DNA of 64,000 nt from Eledone cirrhosa (GCA_964016885.1 OZ024752.1:37510001-37574000); one strand, 5' to 3'. Shown: positions 13,899 to 27,169, counted from the stretch's first letter. Program-made: numbers and translations. Notes: generated from the sequence alone by a model not told the origin.

Positions 13899-14200
13899 AA
13901 GTTAAATAAAAGTCAAATGATTAAAATTTAGCTTCTTTTATTACTGCTATATATATTTCAGTGACAACATATGTACTTGTCTATACCATACTAATTCAAA
14001 CTGCCTGAAGAGGTCACAGCCAAAGATGACTGTCACTGAAATATATATAGCAGTAATAAACGAAGCTAAATTTTAATCATTTGACTTTTATTTAACTTTA
14101 TTTTACACTACTCCGGATTAACCAAACCAACCTGCGCACTTCGTCGAGTGCTCCAGCCTGCATACTAAGGTGTTGGTATACAACCAACATAAACTCAAAA
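13893..14200 (+). mobile_element. Penelope-like pLTR remnant, family B, with 5' inverted arm
   Basis: 13893-13966 is the reverse complement of 14031-14104. Contains an HHR, AATAAA and a tail, bounded by (TA)n. Confidence 0.7.
14000..14054 (+). ncRNA. Type I hammerhead ribozyme
   Basis: aCTGC CTGAAGA g-GTCACAG..CTGTCAC-t GAAA TATATA TA GCAGt. Stem I is ACTGC/GCAGT, stem III is palindromic, the cleavage triplet is AUA, and AATAAA follows. Confidence 0.8.
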
Positions 14201-14243
<43 letters not shown>

Positions 14244-14248
<5 letters not shown>

Positions 14249-14655
14249 GTCCCCCCAAAAATGTATATATACTTCAATACTTCAACAGCACTCTAATAAA
14301 TATTGCCTATACAGATAATCAAAGTGTGTATACATTGTTGTTGGGGGGAGGGGGGCTATATATATATATATATACATGGACACACTAGAAGAGGAAGACC
14401 AAGGTTAACATATGTTGATGCCCTAAGGACAGACACTGGTCTGTTGGAGATGCAGGACATGGCAGCGATAATGAGGGACAGAGACCGCTGGAGAGAACTC
14501 GTCCATGGATCTCGGGAATTTTACCCGCCTTAGATATATATATATATATATATATAGGGTGTCCCCCAAAAATGTATACACACTTCAACAGTATTCTAAT
14601 AAATATTGCCTGTACAGATAATCAAAGTGTGTAATCATTTTGGGGGGGACACCCT
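14244..14655. mobile_element. Two tandem ~100-bp Tc1/mariner-type MITEs (14244-14357, 14557-14655) around an RTE stub
   Basis: TIRs tagggtgtcccc...ggggacacccta embedded in TA runs. Confidence 0.75.
14375..14533 (+). mobile_element. RTE-clade LINE extreme 3' fragment (family RTE-b)
   Basis: Near-identical to 50630-50789. Encodes HGHTRRGRPRLTYVDALRTDTG...EFYPP* and runs straight into (TA)n. Confidence 0.9.
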
Positions 14656-14786
14656 ATATATATATATATATATATATATACGATATTAAACAAATGGAAA
14701 CTATATTTATAAAACCATATTTATTTCATTATACATATTTCGGGGATATTTACTTGTTGTAACCCAACAATTTTAAATAAAACTTT

Positions 14787-14827
<41 letters not shown>

Positions 14828-15559
14828 GCCGTAACGATATGCCCCTAAGCATGTTGCCCGTTGCTCTATCGATTACAGTCAGTCTACCACCCATGTGTTA
14901 TGTTGATTGAAAATTAATACGAGAAAATTCATGCAAAACCATCAAAACTACTCAAAGGTTGTCTTAAGACAACACGCTAAAAAAAAACATTTTTTTTTTT
15001 CAATTCCCACGTTTTGACATTATTGGAATGTATCAAAATACATTCCTGAGAATGTTTTCCTCAGTTAAAACAAGATTCTTTGTCTATGTTTTTATCGTCA
15101 AGTGTCAAATTATTATTACAAAACTGAAAATTGTAAAACATTTGTTATTTCCTGACATTTAGACATTACATATATCATAATAAAATATCCCGGGCTTTGA
15201 TGCTGTTGTCTTCTATTCCATATGAAGTATAATAGTAAATTTATAATATCTAGAGTATATAATAATAGGTTTCAAGCACAGAATCTCGAGTATCACAATC
15301 CTAAATTTTATTCTCAAAAAAAAAAAAAAAAAAATTGTAAAAGAGAGGGATGGTATTTCGGATGGTATTTTAAATGATATTTCAATGACGTCATCTAGCT
15401 GCTTCCTTGTTGTGATAGAAGAGGAAAATGTCCTGATAGTATGTGTATTGTACTGTGTAAGAGTTTAGGCCATTGAACTAATAATGGGTGTAATGATCGA
15501 TCATATAGGAAGTATATATATAGCTATCGGAAATATTTGCAATATTATCATTACATTAC

Positions 15560-15787
15560 ACGGCGCCATGCTTTGCAGCATAGAGTTACGACCCTTTGCG
15601 GTCTGAGTTCAAATCCCGCCGAGGTTCGGTTTGCCTTTCATCCTTATAGGGTCGATAAAATAAAGTAGCAGTAATGCATTGGGATAATTGTTGGCCTTGT
15701 GCCAAAAGTAGAAACACCCACTCTACTATCCAACGTATCGAGTACTCTGGTGCGTTATGGTCCACCTGGTTCCTTACCACCTTCGTT
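15560..15787 (+). mobile_element. SINE family 1 fragment abutting the 3' tail of HHR family D
   Basis: SINE to ~15715. 15717-15787 matches the tail at 51857-51933. Confidence 0.75.
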
Positions 15788-15819
15788 ATATATATTATAT
15801 TATATATATATATATATAA

Positions 15820-15841
<22 letters not shown>

Positions 15842-15850
<9 letters not shown>

Positions 15851-16283
15851 AAAACAATGAAATTAAACTTAAAACGGTTAATTCATATTAAAACTCATTA
15901 TTTTACGATCGTTTCTAGGGGGTAGCTCCCCGTATGTCCATTTAATTATTGATTTATGTAAAATATTACAAAATATAGTAAGAAAAAATACATACGTCTT
16001 CACTACCCGCCGTCTTCAAAAATAATTTTTCATAGATCAATAATTAAATGGACATACGGGGAGCTACCCCCTAGAAACGATCGTAAAATAATGAGTTTTA
16101 ATATGAATTAACCGTTTTGTGTTTAATTTCATTGTTTTAATATTTCTATTTTTGACTCTGTATCCAATGAATTATATCGTTGAAAAAAACTTTTGTATTT
16201 TAAACTTCGCTTCACGACATCTACATACGGATTACATTGAGTTCTTCATACGGTTTAGACCCTACCATTAATTGGTAGATTTA

Positions 16284-16287
<4 letters not shown>
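15842..16287 (+). mobile_element. Penelope-like pLTR remnant, family C, with large inverted arm
   Basis: 15842-15965 is the reverse complement of 16025-16148. The tail ends ttggtagatttatct-(TA)n, as does the reverse complement of 49324-49470. Confidence 0.75.
15896..16027 (-). ncRNA. Type I hammerhead ribozyme with long stem II (core variant UUGAAGA)
   Basis: ATTATTT TTGAAGA cggcGGGTAG..CGTATGT...ACATACG..CTACCCccta GAAA CGATCG TA AAATAAT. Confidence 0.65.
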
Positions 16288-16341
<54 letters not shown>

Positions 16342-16538
16342 ATTGGAAATCAGTAAAATCGAATCTCTGGCGGTTTGCAAGTAAATTCGGCCTACTTATA
16401 TGAAATGATGAGTTAGCAAAGCACTCGATAAGATAGGACCTCAGAGTAATAACATACGTTTAAATAGCTTGACAAATCGAACATTGTGGTAGGCGAAACT
16501 AACACACAATACATACCAAAGTAACGATAGAACTAATC

Positions 16539-16599
<61 letters not shown>

Positions 16600-16894
16600 A
16601 TTTTTCATGATTTAATGTTAAAGAATAAAAACTAATGATAAAATAAAAATATATTTTATAAAAACGAGGCCCTCGAGGGTGTGTGGCCCTAAACTGTAGC
16701 TTATTTAGTTTATACGTAAATCCAAAACTGATGCCAGCCATCTTTGATTTTGCATCCTCGTGACATTCTTTACACAATGTATATTTTTAATAAAACTTTA
16801 CAGAGATACATTTTCGAAGGTTGAAATTACGATTATATTTATGACATTTAAAAGAAAATGTTTAGTTTTTTTTTGTTTTTTTTTTTGTTGCAAA

Positions 16895-17110
16895 TCACAC
16901 CTGTAGAAAGAACATTACATACCTGTAGAAAGAACATTACATACCTGGAGAAAGGAGGGTACAACACATGTAGGAAGGATGTTACACACCTGAAGCAATG
17001 ATAGTATATAGCTGTAGAAATGACTTGACGTACCTGAAGAAATGACGCTATATACCTATAGTAATGACATTACACACCTGTAGAAAGGACATTACTTACC
17101 TGTAGAATAT
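16895..17110. repeat. Degenerate ~20-22-bp minisatellite (acacctgtagaaagaacattac)
   Basis: About 9 imperfect tandem units. Confidence 0.7.
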
Positions 17111-17431
17111 CTGATACAGCACGGGGTTACGGCCCTTTGCGATCTAAGTTTAAATCCTGCCGAGGTCAGCTTTGCCTAAATCAGAAACCATTATTATTTC
17201 AAATCTTGTCAAGGTTAGCTTTGCTTTACATCGTTACGGGGTCAATAAAATAAAGTACCAGTAATGTATTGGGGTTGATGTAATAGACTGTCCCCTCCCC
17301 TAAACATTATTGGCTTTGTGTCTGAATCTGAAACCATTATTCATTATCAACATGATGTCCAACTTTACGTTTAGCCAATTCCAAACATAAATCCAAAAAT
17401 ATATCCAGTAAAATAAAGCGTTAAATAACAC

Positions 17432-17517
<86 letters not shown>

Positions 17518-17557
17518 GTGTTATTTAACGCTTTATTTTACTGGATATATTTTTGGA

Positions 17558-17660
<103 letters not shown>

Positions 17661-17721
17661 ATATATATATATATGTATGAATTACTGTTGGCTTCTTGCT
17701 CACATTAATTTCTCTATTTTC

Positions 17722-17790
<69 letters not shown>

Positions 17791-17792
17791 TA

Positions 17793-18985
17793 TGTTTCTT
17801 TATTAGCCACAGGGACACAAAAGAAGGGGACAAATACAAAGGGGGAAGTTTACATACAACAAAAACGTGTAAAATGTTATCACAAATGCAATTTAAAAAA
17901 TTAGTCGATTTTCCCCAATAGGGGGAGACAGTTCATATGGGTAACACATACCCCCGAAAAAATGTGCAACCTTCATTTCCAGGAGTACGAAGAGTTTGTA
18001 CTCCTTTCCTCTCCTCCTCCTTTTCCTCAACCTACAGGCTGATATTCACTCGGGCCATTCTCGCCACTTTCACCAACCTTTCATAAAACTTGTTGGGGTA
18101 CAGCACCTCTCTCTCCATCCTGATTCTTCTTCCAAAGTGGTATTTGAAAAAAAGAATCAGTTGTTGGCCGGAGAGAAAGGTGTCTGACCTCAGCCCTTTC
18201 AACCTTGTCCACCATACAACCTCTTTCGCCATAGCTATCACACAAATGAAAACCGCCTCTCCTTCGTTTTTGAAGGAGGGTGGCGGTTTGATCATGACAA
18301 TGGACTCGGTGGTCAACCGGATTGGTCCCACCCGCGACAATAGTCGTTCTACATAGCCCCACAGGTCAGTGACGCCCGGGCAGTGTATGAATGCGTGCGC
18401 GACGGTTTCTTCGTCTCGCACGCACCTCGGACAGATCTTTTTTGCAGGGTCCCTGCCCGGGTGCCCATGTCTGTAGAGCATGTCTCGAACTGGTAGAGCT
18501 CCTCGGTAGCACTGCCAGGCCAGGGACTTTTGGAAGTTGTCCATCGGTCCCGGGCGGAAGGTCCTACCGAACAGACTGGCCAGTTCATCTTCCTCTACGC
18601 CTAGAGTTTCACCGAGCGCGTCGTCGCACTTGCTGCGGATCAACCCTCTATAGAATGACGAAGTGGAGTCTCCACTGATCGCCGGGTCCGCCTGCCAGAG
18701 GGCTGTGAGCGCCTGAGCACATTCGATGTGCCAGTCGCCCATTTTCCTCGGTCTTTGCTTGACCCAGGACTGCAGCTCGGTCAGCGAGACGAGTCGTGGG
18801 AAGGCTCGCCTCACGAACAGGGCCCACACCGGTTGTCCGGTGAGGAATACGTAGAGATGCCGCAGCTTGAGCGCGTGTTTGCGCATCGTCAACCACGGCA
18901 TCCCCAGCCCTCCGTTAGAAGGGTGTTGGCAGCAGATGGATCTTCTCACCAAAGGAGCCCGCCTCTTCCAAAGGAATTGGAAGAT
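17793..18985 (-). mobile_element. 5'-truncated L1/Tx1-clade LINE (ORF2 C-terminus, 3' UTR subfamily A, AATAAA)
   Basis: ORF 18032-18952 plus a 3' UTR nearly identical to 60190-60425. Sits between (GA)n and (GATA)n. Confidence 0.88.
18032..18952 (-). pseudogene. Truncated LINE ORF2 C-terminus with zf-RVT (CCHC) zinc-binding domain
   Basis: GGLGMP motif, W..YRGALPV, and CPRC..DEETVAHAFIHC..V..LW, typical of L1/Tx1 ORF2. The RT and endonuclease domains are missing. Confidence 0.85.
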
Positions 18986-19024
18986 AGATAGATAGATAGA
19001 TAGATAGAGAGATAGATAGATATA

Positions 19025-19393
19025 TTTCTTTATTTACCATAAAGGCATAAAAAGAAGGGACAAATACAAAGGGGGAGTTTACATACAATCGAGTAAAAAG
19101 GGTATAAAATGAAAATAATCAAAAACAACCTCAAAAGGGAGGGGACGTGACGGGGGTTGCACACACCCCCGAAAAAGTGTGCAATCCTTTGCCCGGGGAG
19201 CACATGGAGAAGGTGCTCCCCTCTCCTTCACTTCTTTATCTACAGGATGGTATACAGAGAAGGCCCATTTACACGAGCTATTCTCGCCACTATCACCCAC
19301 CTTTCATAAAACTGCCTGTGGCCAAGCACCTCTCTCTCCATTCTTATCCTTCTTCCGAAGTGATATCGGAAGAAGTAGACCAGACTATGGCCT

Positions 19394-19395
<2 letters not shown>
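19025..19395 (-). mobile_element. L1/Tx1 LINE 3' stub, 3' UTR subfamily B
   Basis: The ORF end resembles MERE..SFMKGG. The UTR matches 60610-60838. Flanked by (GATA)n. Confidence 0.8.
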
Positions 19396-19470
<75 letters not shown>

Positions 19471-19949
19471 GGAAGTATTTTTTTTAATTTTTAATAATCA
19501 ATTCTTTTTTTAATTTTTAAAATTTCGTCAACATAATCTTAATTTTCACCATAGAAAACGTTTCTCTGCTAAATTTCATTTTTAAAATATGAAATCATTA
19601 GAAAGTTACGAAAAGATGAAATAAGGAGAAGGGGACATTCTTACATTCGATATTTTTGTATAGGAATCGTTCCCAAAAGGCACAAAATCTGTAAATTGCT
19701 TTCTAAATTAATGTTCGTTAATACTTTTGTTTGTCCACAACTGGCTTAGAACCTCATAATTTGCAATGCCTTAAAAGAAATGCTTTCAATTTTTGTAAGA
19801 ATTTCCAGTTTAATTTTATTATATGAAGTGGCTTCCAAGCTTTATATAGCCAAGGGCTTTACCAAACCTTAATACAGTACTAGTTATATAAAAATACGAA
19901 TCACTAACTTTTCAGATGGATGTTCGATATTCTATCTCTATTTGGCTAT

Positions 19950-20076
19950 CAGTGGTGGACTTACCTATAAGCTAAATAAGCTATCGATTAGGGCCACACA
20001 TCCTCGGGAGCCCTCATTAAAAAAAATATACTTATTATTTTATCATTAGTTTTTATTCTTTAACACTAAATCATCA

Positions 20077-20156
<80 letters not shown>

Positions 20157-20296
20157 GTAGTAGAGCACTCAGTCCATGGGACGAGTTTGGTAGAAGAAGT
20201 TCCACAACAGTTAGTACCGAGAACAATTGTTTCACCTTATTAGGATCCTCAGCTCGGTCTAAATGAAGTTGTACGGAATAGGAAATATATATATAT

Positions 20297-20337
<41 letters not shown>

Positions 20338-20475
20338 TTCTTCTCTATCATTAACATTAATATAAAAAGTAATCATCATGCATAAATATTTCTAATTTTT
20401 TACCCGAATATTTTTAGAGAGGGGCCTCAAATTTCATATAACTTAGGGTCTCAGAAGTTGAAAGTCTGGCCATGT
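19950..20475 (+). mobile_element. Non-autonomous DNA-transposon-like repeat interrupted by (TA)n and an HHR island
   Basis: Ends cagtggtggactt ... aagtctggccatg are imperfect TIRs. The left part recurs inverted at 16595-16740 and 58600-58720. Confidence 0.5.
20216..20258 (-). ncRNA. Minimal type I hammerhead ribozyme
   Basis: ACCGAG CTGAGGA tCCTaataAGGt GAAA CAATTG TT CTCGGT. Perfect 6-bp stem I, palindromic stem III, GUU triplet. Confidence 0.88.
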
Positions 20476-21464
20476 TGGCTAACCATGCTTTCAAAACAGA
20501 AAGTACGATACATAAATATCCTGAAAGAAACGATTTATGAGGCATATGATTATTACCTTATTATAAATGTAATTGTATATATACATTTGAATTTATGTAT
20601 ACTGAATAATTTGAAGCAATCCTTAATTGCACAAAGCTATGAAAATACTACTATATGGAAAAACAAAACACCCCACCTGCCCAAAAAAATCTAAACACCA
20701 CAACGAATACAATTTATTTTGAAGTCTGCTAGATAATATAATTAATTTCCTTCCTCTCGCTATTAGTATATTTATGTGTTTATGCAGATTTCGTGAAACA
20801 GTGTTGTATAAAACTTCTTTATTTCTTTACCATAAACAGTCTGACTGTCTTGCCAGTGTTTCTTCTTATTTATTCAATAAACAATGGGCCAACAATTGGT
20901 GAAACTAGATCCTAATAAAGATCGTGAAAAATCTCAAAATGAAGAACATTTATTTACATATGTTTCTTTGAAAGTTGAATTGTAGGTGATGAAATTTTTC
21001 GTGAAATTTCTATAAACAAAATTTGTATTGAAGTTTTAAGTTTTATGCAAGCAAAACATTTGCTGCGGTATATATAACGATAACAATGACTCAAACATCC
21101 GCCATTATGTCAGCCATTTTGAAATTACAACTGACGAAAATAAAAAAGGAAACGAAAAAATACCAACAACAACAACAACAACAACCAAAAATATGTATGA
21201 AATGAAATGTTAATCATTTACGAACATCCTCTATTTCTACTTTCGGACATTCTGTAAAGTGGAAATAAGTATATTTTTATATTTTGTTGAATAGATAAAA
21301 TCTTGGCACTGTAAACTGCCGCTGTCGCCGTCGCCGTCTTACAGTTCTTTCGTTGTTCTTTCGCTGTGCCTCTCTCACAACTCTCTCTTTTTCTCTCTCG
21401 CTTTCTCGTTGTTTTTGCTTGATCTTTAGATAAGCAGGCACGATCACCAAATATTCATGACATA

Positions 21465-21735
21465 GCAGAGTAGATCTACGGGTATGTGGTTAGAATGTTT
21501 CAAGAAAGAATCGTTGGAGGAGATTTTACGGGTAAAACTAACCGACAGGAGACCCAGCCAGAGGTAAACCCCAAACAAGATGGTTGGATAACATCCATGA
21601 GGTTGGCTGGTCTGGCTTGGCGATCCAGCTGGATCAATTGGACACATTGCTTCTTACAGGAGCCATTGGAAGGAGCGTTTGAGGACTCTGTCTCGACAAC
21701 CCTCCCTGGGATACATAGGCGAAGAAGAAGAAGAC
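21465..21735 (+). mobile_element. RTE-a 3' fragment with (GAA)n tail
   Basis: YGYVVRMFQERIV..KTNRQETQ; homologous to 13120-13570. Confidence 0.8.
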
Positions 21736-21791
21736 TTTATATATATGAGGCACCCTAATATTTTAAGTACTCAGGGTCTCAAAAGAAACTA

Positions 21792-21885
<94 letters not shown>

Positions 21886-21945
21886 GAAGTGAGAAAGAGA
21901 TATAAAGGAAGAATCGTCGACTCCAGTATTAGACTGGTACTTTAG

Positions 21946-22129
21946 GGCGGTGAATTGGCAGTATCGGTAGAGGGTTGGACGCCATGCTTTCTAGCACAGT
22001 TACGTCCCTTTACAGTCTGAGTTCAAATCCCGCCGAGGTTAACTTTGCCTTTCATCCTTACGGGGTCGATAACATAAAGTACCAGTAATGTACTGAGTAA
22101 TTGCTGGCCTTGTGCCTAAAGTAGAAACA
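21946..22129 (+). mobile_element. Full-length SINE family 1 with ~19-bp TSD, nested in an older antisense SINE
   Basis: agtattagactggtacttt on both sides. A box tggcagtatcggtag and B box gagttcaaatcc. The core resembles the Deu/Nin-type SINE domain (from memory). Confidence 0.9.
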
Positions 22130-22361
22130 AGTATTAGACTGGTACTTTTTTTTATCAACCTCAAAGGGATGAAACTCAAAGTTGACCTCCAGAGAACTGG
22201 AACGAATACCACAAAGTATTCCATCCGACATTTTAACGACTCTGACAATTCGTCGCCTTATGGATGGGTACGACAAGAAATGAAAGGAGCAACTTATATT
22301 TATTCATAGTTATTTCATCACGTAGATGTTGACATAATTAGTTGAAACTATCTAACAAACC

Positions 22362-22481
<120 letters not shown>

Positions 22482-22669
22482 GGTTTGTTGGTTCACCACT
22501 GGATAGAACTGGTCATTCCGTATGGTCAATCTCGATGTAATATAATGGAGAGCACTCAACATAATGCAACTCACCCGTCTTCGTTTGTGTAGTTGGTGGT
22601 GCGAGTACGGAGTTAATTATTATAAAATAACAGGAGGCTGGACTGGTGTAAATCCTTGAAAGGTTTATT

Positions 22670-22728
22670 ATACTATGATCATTTCAATGACCGGGTTCAG
22701 TATGAATCCGGTGATATAATCAGGTATT
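22670..22728 (-). ncRNA. Type I hammerhead ribozyme, core variant CUGAUUA (probably inactive)
   Basis: ATAC CTGATTA tatcACCGG..CCGGTcatt GAAA TGATCA TA GTAT aataaa. The tail runs to 22478 and contains ttgagtgctct. Confidence 0.65.
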
Positions 22729-22836
22729 CAAAATATAACAAAAGAATATAACAGATAAAATCCATGGGGCTGAAAATCAGAGACAAGAGGACGACCGACT
22801 ATTTAGCAGCTTCTACTTATATATATATATATATAT

Positions 22837-23290
22837 GAATAAAGTGGTCCTTCATCAATGATCTTCCAACCATCATCGGTATTTCTTCGCTTTAAAGACC
22901 ATATACCTCCGGTTGGTGCGAGCAACGGCTAAAGAAAGTCGTTGGGACATGTAAATAAAGGGAACAGCGAGAGTGTAAACAAACAAAGATGGTGAAGCAA
23001 CGAAAAGTGAGGAAGAGCGAGTCAAGTCCAAAAATTTCCATGAATATAAGTTCGGTGAAATCGTGAACGAGAGAGAATAAAGACCATCAAACCTGGTTGA
23101 AATGTGAGCAAGGAAGGAATTTCGCACAGGTCTAACGGGAGGAAGAAGGGGTCTAGTCTGTGAATTCGGTGAACGTAAGTTCTGTGAAATCGTAGACGAG
23201 AGAGAGAAAAAATGCCGACCGGCCTGGCCAAGGGTGCGAAAGAAAAGAATTACGCACAGGTCAAACGGGAAGAAGGAGGAGGAGGAGAGG
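22837..23290 (-). mobile_element. Repeat family F, putative pLTR upstream region
   Basis: Reverse complement of 45097-45397, with an internal ~125-bp duplication. Ends at (TA)n just after TTGATGAaggac. Confidence 0.6.
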
Positions 23291-23388
23291 TAGTAACAGA
23301 AAGCAAAGGGATATTTAATTTGTTGGTAATTGAACCGTTAAGGTCTGATTCCTAGGTATGTCACTAATTATAAAACAAACTCTGTATT

Positions 23389-23434
23389 TTATCTGATGAG
23401 TGCGTACCAAAGTTTTGGTACCCTTGAAATATAT
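23389..23434 (+). ncRNA. Hammerhead core truncated near the cleavage site
   Basis: CTGATGA gtgcGTACCAAAgtTTTGGTACcctt GAAA TATA TT, with TATAAAA about 24 nt upstream. The 3' strand of stem I is absent. Confidence 0.65.
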
Positions 23435-23444
23435 TTCTGTGTGC

Positions 23445-23517
<73 letters not shown>

Positions 23518-23830
23518 GAAATTTATGATGGAGAATCAAAGGCACTTATCAACCTATTTTATTTCTTACAAGTTGTTTCGTCTGAATGGGTTACGCTTGT
23601 ATGCGCACAGAAGGAATTAAATACACTATATTACTTCTATTTATATATATATATATATATACAATGATATGAATAGGTAAAATAACTCGACTTTGTTGTT
23701 ATTATTTTCATTGTTAATTTAATACCTAATATATATATCATACAGAAAGTTATTTCTCACTAATATACAGAACATTTCAATGAAAAAATCGTTAAAATAA
23801 ATCTATTTCCGAGAAGCAATAAATATAGGG

Positions 23831-24108
23831 TAACTTATAGAAAGTCACCTATGGGTAGTTCCTAATAAAGGAACCTAAAACAAGAAAACTTCACTAGCAC
23901 CTTTTCCTATGAGTAGATTCCTAGTAAAGCAATCTAAAACAAGAAGCCATTCCCCAGCATCTTTCTTTCCCTTTTACTGCAGTTTTGACAACCAAGAAAC
24001 AGCTTTGATCATCTTAATAAATTAAGACAAGCGATACTGGAAGAAGATTATTTCTTGTTTTAGGTTACTCTACTAGGAATCTACCCATCGGTGACTTTGT
24101 ATAAGTTA
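23831..24108. mobile_element. MITE-like foldback with ~55-bp imperfect TIRs and an internal duplication
   Basis: taacttatagaaagtcacctatgggtag..ctaaaacaagaa pairs with ttcttgttttagg..ctacccatcggtgactttgtataagtta. Confidence 0.65.
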
Positions 24109-24334
24109 TTCTCTCTCTCTCTCTCTCTCTCTCTCATTCTCTGGAATAAATCTACTAAATTTGAGCTTATGGGAGCAATACTTTCACAATTACTAGGTCT
24201 ATAAATGTCAATATTTGACTTTACAGTCAATGTACGGGTTTTGGTCGATTTTTTTTTTATATTCAAAGGTCGGAACTCGCAACCGTTTCGTTAAAATTCC
24301 TTAGAAGTAGCTTATTAATTATAATACTATATTA

Positions 24335-24842
24335 TCAGATTAATACAATAATTGTTTCTACCTTTGGCACAAGGCCAGCAATTATCCAGTACATTACTGG
24401 TACTTTATTTTATCGACCCCGCAAGGATGAAAGGCAAAGTCAACCTCGGCGGGATTTGAACTCAGATCGTAAAGGGACGTAATTAATACAATTAATACAA
24501 TAATGATTAATACAATAATTGTTTCTACTTTAGGCACAAGGCCACCAATTACCCAGTGCATTACTGGTACTTTATTTTATCGACCCCGTAAGGATGAAAG
24601 GCAAAGTCAACCTCGGCGGGATTTGAACTCAGATCGTAAAGGGACGTAATTAATACAATTAATACAATAATGATTAATACAATAATTGTTTCTACTTTAG
24701 GCACAAGGCCAGCAATTACCCAGTGCATTACTGGTACTTTATTTTATCGACCCCGTAAGGATGAAAGGCAAAGTCAACCTCGGCGGGATTTGAACTCAGA
24801 TCGTAAAGGGACGTAACTATGCTGGAAAGCATGGCGTCCGAA
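24335..24842 (-). repeat. Three tandem ~165-170-bp SINE family 1 units
   Basis: Near-identical units separated by taatacaattaatacaataatgat. Confidence 0.9.
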
Positions 24843-25051
24843 TGATTAATACAATAATGATAAGAAATCATTATTAATTCGTTAGTATACAATTAGGAAC
24901 ATTAAGTTGCTTTTCTCTATTGTTATTTTTATATATTCTCCTCGGCATTAAAATTATAAATGAACAGAAATTACTACTTTCCCTGTGTAACCAACAGAAG
25001 CTACGAGATAAGTAGGAGTGTATATGTATATATATACACATATATATATAC

Positions 25052-25121
<70 letters not shown>

Positions 25122-26000
25122 GCTCATACATATATATATATATATTTGGCTTCTAAGAGCCTCTCTCGCCCATTTTACAATTGACCTTTTACACAAATGG
25201 ATGCTTGCTAATAATATGGCTATTGCTTGTTGATGTTGTTACCATCCTCCTTATCGTCTTCTTTCTCGCCTGCTTCTTCCATTTTATCCTCCATTACCTC
25301 TCCTCATTCATTTTTCACTTCCTCATTGCTGCCGCGGTCTTAAAGCTTTTTTCTCAAGTTTAAATATATCGTCATATATCTTATCGCCAAATTCTGCTTA
25401 ATGAAAACAGGTCTTGAAAGCTGTTCTTTTTTTTTTTTTTCCTTCTTTCTTTTTCTTTTACTTCCTTTCTTGATTTTTCTGATTTTTTTTTTTTCAAAAC
25501 AAACTGAAGGCCACGTTGACCAATGGAGGCGACACTCGAAGACAGAGCGTAACTAGGCAAAATAGCGCCCATTTTTTTAGATAACCCTAAAATCAGCTCA
25601 AAAATTCCAATCACGTTCATTATCGAGGTAAACTTTGTCTTTCATCCTTACGGGGTCGATAAAATAAAGTACCAGTAATACACTGGGATAATTGCTGGCC
25701 TTGTGCCAATAGTAGAAACAATTATTTTTTTAATTGAAAACAATACAATATTTTGACCTATGTGCCTAATAATTTATACAAATGGTTTAATGATCCAGCC
25801 ACCATTGTGCTTCTCAACCATGATAATCAAAGATAGATCATACATCTGAAGAAGCTTCTTTTTTCACTCTCCGACGATAGCTTCTCTGACTTTAATAGAA
25901 AGTGCTCCTAGTCTATGTAGCGCTCTTGGGACGTGCTATGCTTGCCATATTCTAGTTACACCTCTGCTCCAGAATGACCTTGATTGTAGTGGCTGTAGCA

Positions 26001-26237
26001 CAGTCATGAGCAAACTGTGGCACGTTTGGCTTTCTAAATGGCACGGCTAGTTTCAAATTTTTTCTTTCTTTAAGTAATGCGGCCCGCCTTATGATAAGCC
26101 ACATCCTATGCGGCCCGCTTTATGATGATCCACGTCCTATGCGGCCCGCTTTATGATGATCCACGTCCTATGGGGCCCGCCTTATGATGAACCACATCCG
26201 ATGCGGCCCACTGCTCGAAAAATGTTACCCATGCCTG
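26001..26237. mobile_element. hAT MITE with internal ~31-bp tandem repeats
   Basis: Ends cagtcatgagcaa ... ttacccatgcctg. Same family as 31548-31837; TSD degenerate. Confidence 0.7.
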
Positions 26238-26522
26238 CTATTCCATATTACATATTAACAGAACGAATGGTCATACAAAAATAAAATTTACAAAACTGGC
26301 AATGGCTGTATGAGAAGAAGGACAAATACTTAGTGTTTTAAAAAGAAGTTTCTATAATTGACATAATGCCACACGAGCAGCTACTACAGCAACAACAACA
26401 ACAACAAGAAAATAAATAAAATGAAAATAAACTAGCTTACATATTCTTACATAGCTTACATATTCTTAGCACGCAATTATATTAACAGGCTAACATGACT
26501 GATCTCTGTCTGTCTCTCTCTG

Positions 26523-26621
<99 letters not shown>

Positions 26622-27169
26622 ACACATACATACATACACACAACAACATTGACTCAAATAGGTCATACCAAACTTATATTTAACTTGCTTCATATATTGG
26701 CAAGTTTAGTCCCTGCTCCGAAATATGGAATACTGTAAAAACAAGAATTTGACCTTAACTACCACAATTCTTAGCATAACGTTATTTTATCGAACCAACA
26801 AAGGAACCGCTCTCTACGCGGTCATTTGACATGCTAGAAATAGCGACTAAATACATAAAAATAATTGAGCTGTATGCAAGGGCCTTGTTTCAGTGGGGTA
26901 CCAGGGGACAAGTCCTCCCCACTTGTTCAAACGTCTCTATTTTATTTTTTGTTTATTTGTTATAATATATTCTTTTTAAGCTTATTTTTTTATATTTGAA
27001 CTTCATTTGAATATATAAAATTTAATTAGTGTAAAATTTCACTTATGTGATAGGGGCCAGGAAAGGAACCATAAGCAATTTATGCTCCTTTAAGAATCAA
27101 GAAATGTTGGTTTGTCCCCTTCACTTTTTTAAGGCAAAAGAGGCCCTTTGGCTGTATCTAATAAAAACA

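Noticed and set aside
21946-22040. tRNA gene
   Set aside because: The A and B boxes belong to a SINE head repeated over 20 times; there is no complete cloverleaf, and the copy has a TSD.
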